Positions 63,601 to 64,000 of a stretch of DNA of 64,000 nucleotides are shown here, in pieces; within the stretch, counting starts at the first letter, position 1; every line of letters starts with the position of its first letter. The notes under the pieces are model-generated. The model was not told where the DNA came from and did not search any database. It worked only from the letters and a program-made list of their open reading frames with translations. Location of the stretch: assembly GCA_043228905.1 (NCBI GenBank), contig JBHGNT010000013.1:1426001-1490000 (forward strand), given 5' to 3'. This DNA comes from Azolla caroliniana. Taxonomy: Eukaryota > Plantae > Polypodiophyta. A program made the translations under genes and the position numbers.

Positions 63601-64000
63601 GTTCTGCTAACTAAGCTAATTAAATTTCCGTGTAGAGTCAAAACAAATGTTGAGATAAATGTAAATACCTGAGGTACATCAAGAAGATGAATGGGATGCT
63701 CCTCGTATTGATTTCTTCCAACACGTTTCCTGCATAAATCCTTTTTATTGGGTGAAACCCTACTCTCATTAGTCCAAAACATTGTGATTACATCCTTGAT
63801 TTCAAATGTTATGGGTGTCATTGGCTTACATCTTGTAGTTAGCTTTAGTAGACTAGTTCCTTCACTCGAGGAAATTATACGGTTCATTGTATTGTACATT
63901 GTTTTTCTACTAACACCAATTACCTTAGATAGCTCATTGATGTTTATATCGTCAACATCACTATTAAGTAACATCATTAGACTAGACCTTTTTAAGACAA
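60650..64000 (-). pseudogene. DDD transposase (Sola2-like), spliced; one internal stop and a probable C-terminal frameshift
   Basis: Exons >63977-63669 and 62489-60650 joined by a phase-0 GT-AG intron; Cys-rich region; motifs VVDFAENY, NEIQSMHW, FFISDD..HD, WSDGTASQFK, GHGKGEHDG; TAG at 61821-61823. Confidence 0.82.
62519..63622. repeat. AGCTAATTAGCT satellite filling transposase intron 62490-63668
   Basis: Same core as 57371-58596, with ~20-bp monomers and ~200-bp higher-order repeats near 62990-63570. Confidence 0.95.

Larger units (their letters stand above)
54899..64000 (-). mobile_element. Large DNA transposon (Sola2-like DDD transposase) with convergent cargo gene; right end outside window
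   Basis: Transposase at 60650-64000; shared AGCTAATTAGCT motif from 54916 to 63622; candidate terminus GAGTGGAAACACTA at 54899; boundary inferred. Confidence 0.65.

Noticed and set aside
57371-63622. CRISPR-like array of palindromic repeats
   Set aside because: Spacers are only ~6-10 bp and themselves repetitive, there are no cas genes, and the context is eukaryotic and intronic

Overview
Eukaryotic, transposon-dense DNA from a non-seed land plant. A bryophyte is most likely, judged from the retroelement families; the species cannot be determined from sequence alone. About 80% of the window is a stack of nested, decayed LTR retrotransposons: several copies of a tRNA-Trp-primed Ty3/Gypsy family, a second Gypsy family with an extra ORF, two Tork/Tnt1-like Copia and two Bryco-like Copia, plus older fragments. 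A 3-kb TIR DNA element with a 4-bp TSD and an internal 1.4-kb foldback sits at 26532-29520. One apparently intact host gene lies at 43488-44744 (-): signal peptide, 2xDUF26, Pro stalk, TM helix, short tail. The last ~9 kb is a Sola-like DDD DNA transposon running off the window. It carries a convergent spliced cargo gene (RING-like finger plus an FCP1/NIF-like pseudophosphatase), and its introns are filled with a palindromic AGCTAATTAGCT satellite and telomere-like repeats. Top observations: (1) the cargo plus intron-satellite DNA transposon; (2) a conserved G_GAT_TTT slippery site with an H-type pseudoknot placing a -1 frameshift between protease and RT in the Gypsy family; (3) the PDLP-like DUF26 gene; (4) the foldback TIR element. 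All family assignments are from motif recognition, with no database searches run.
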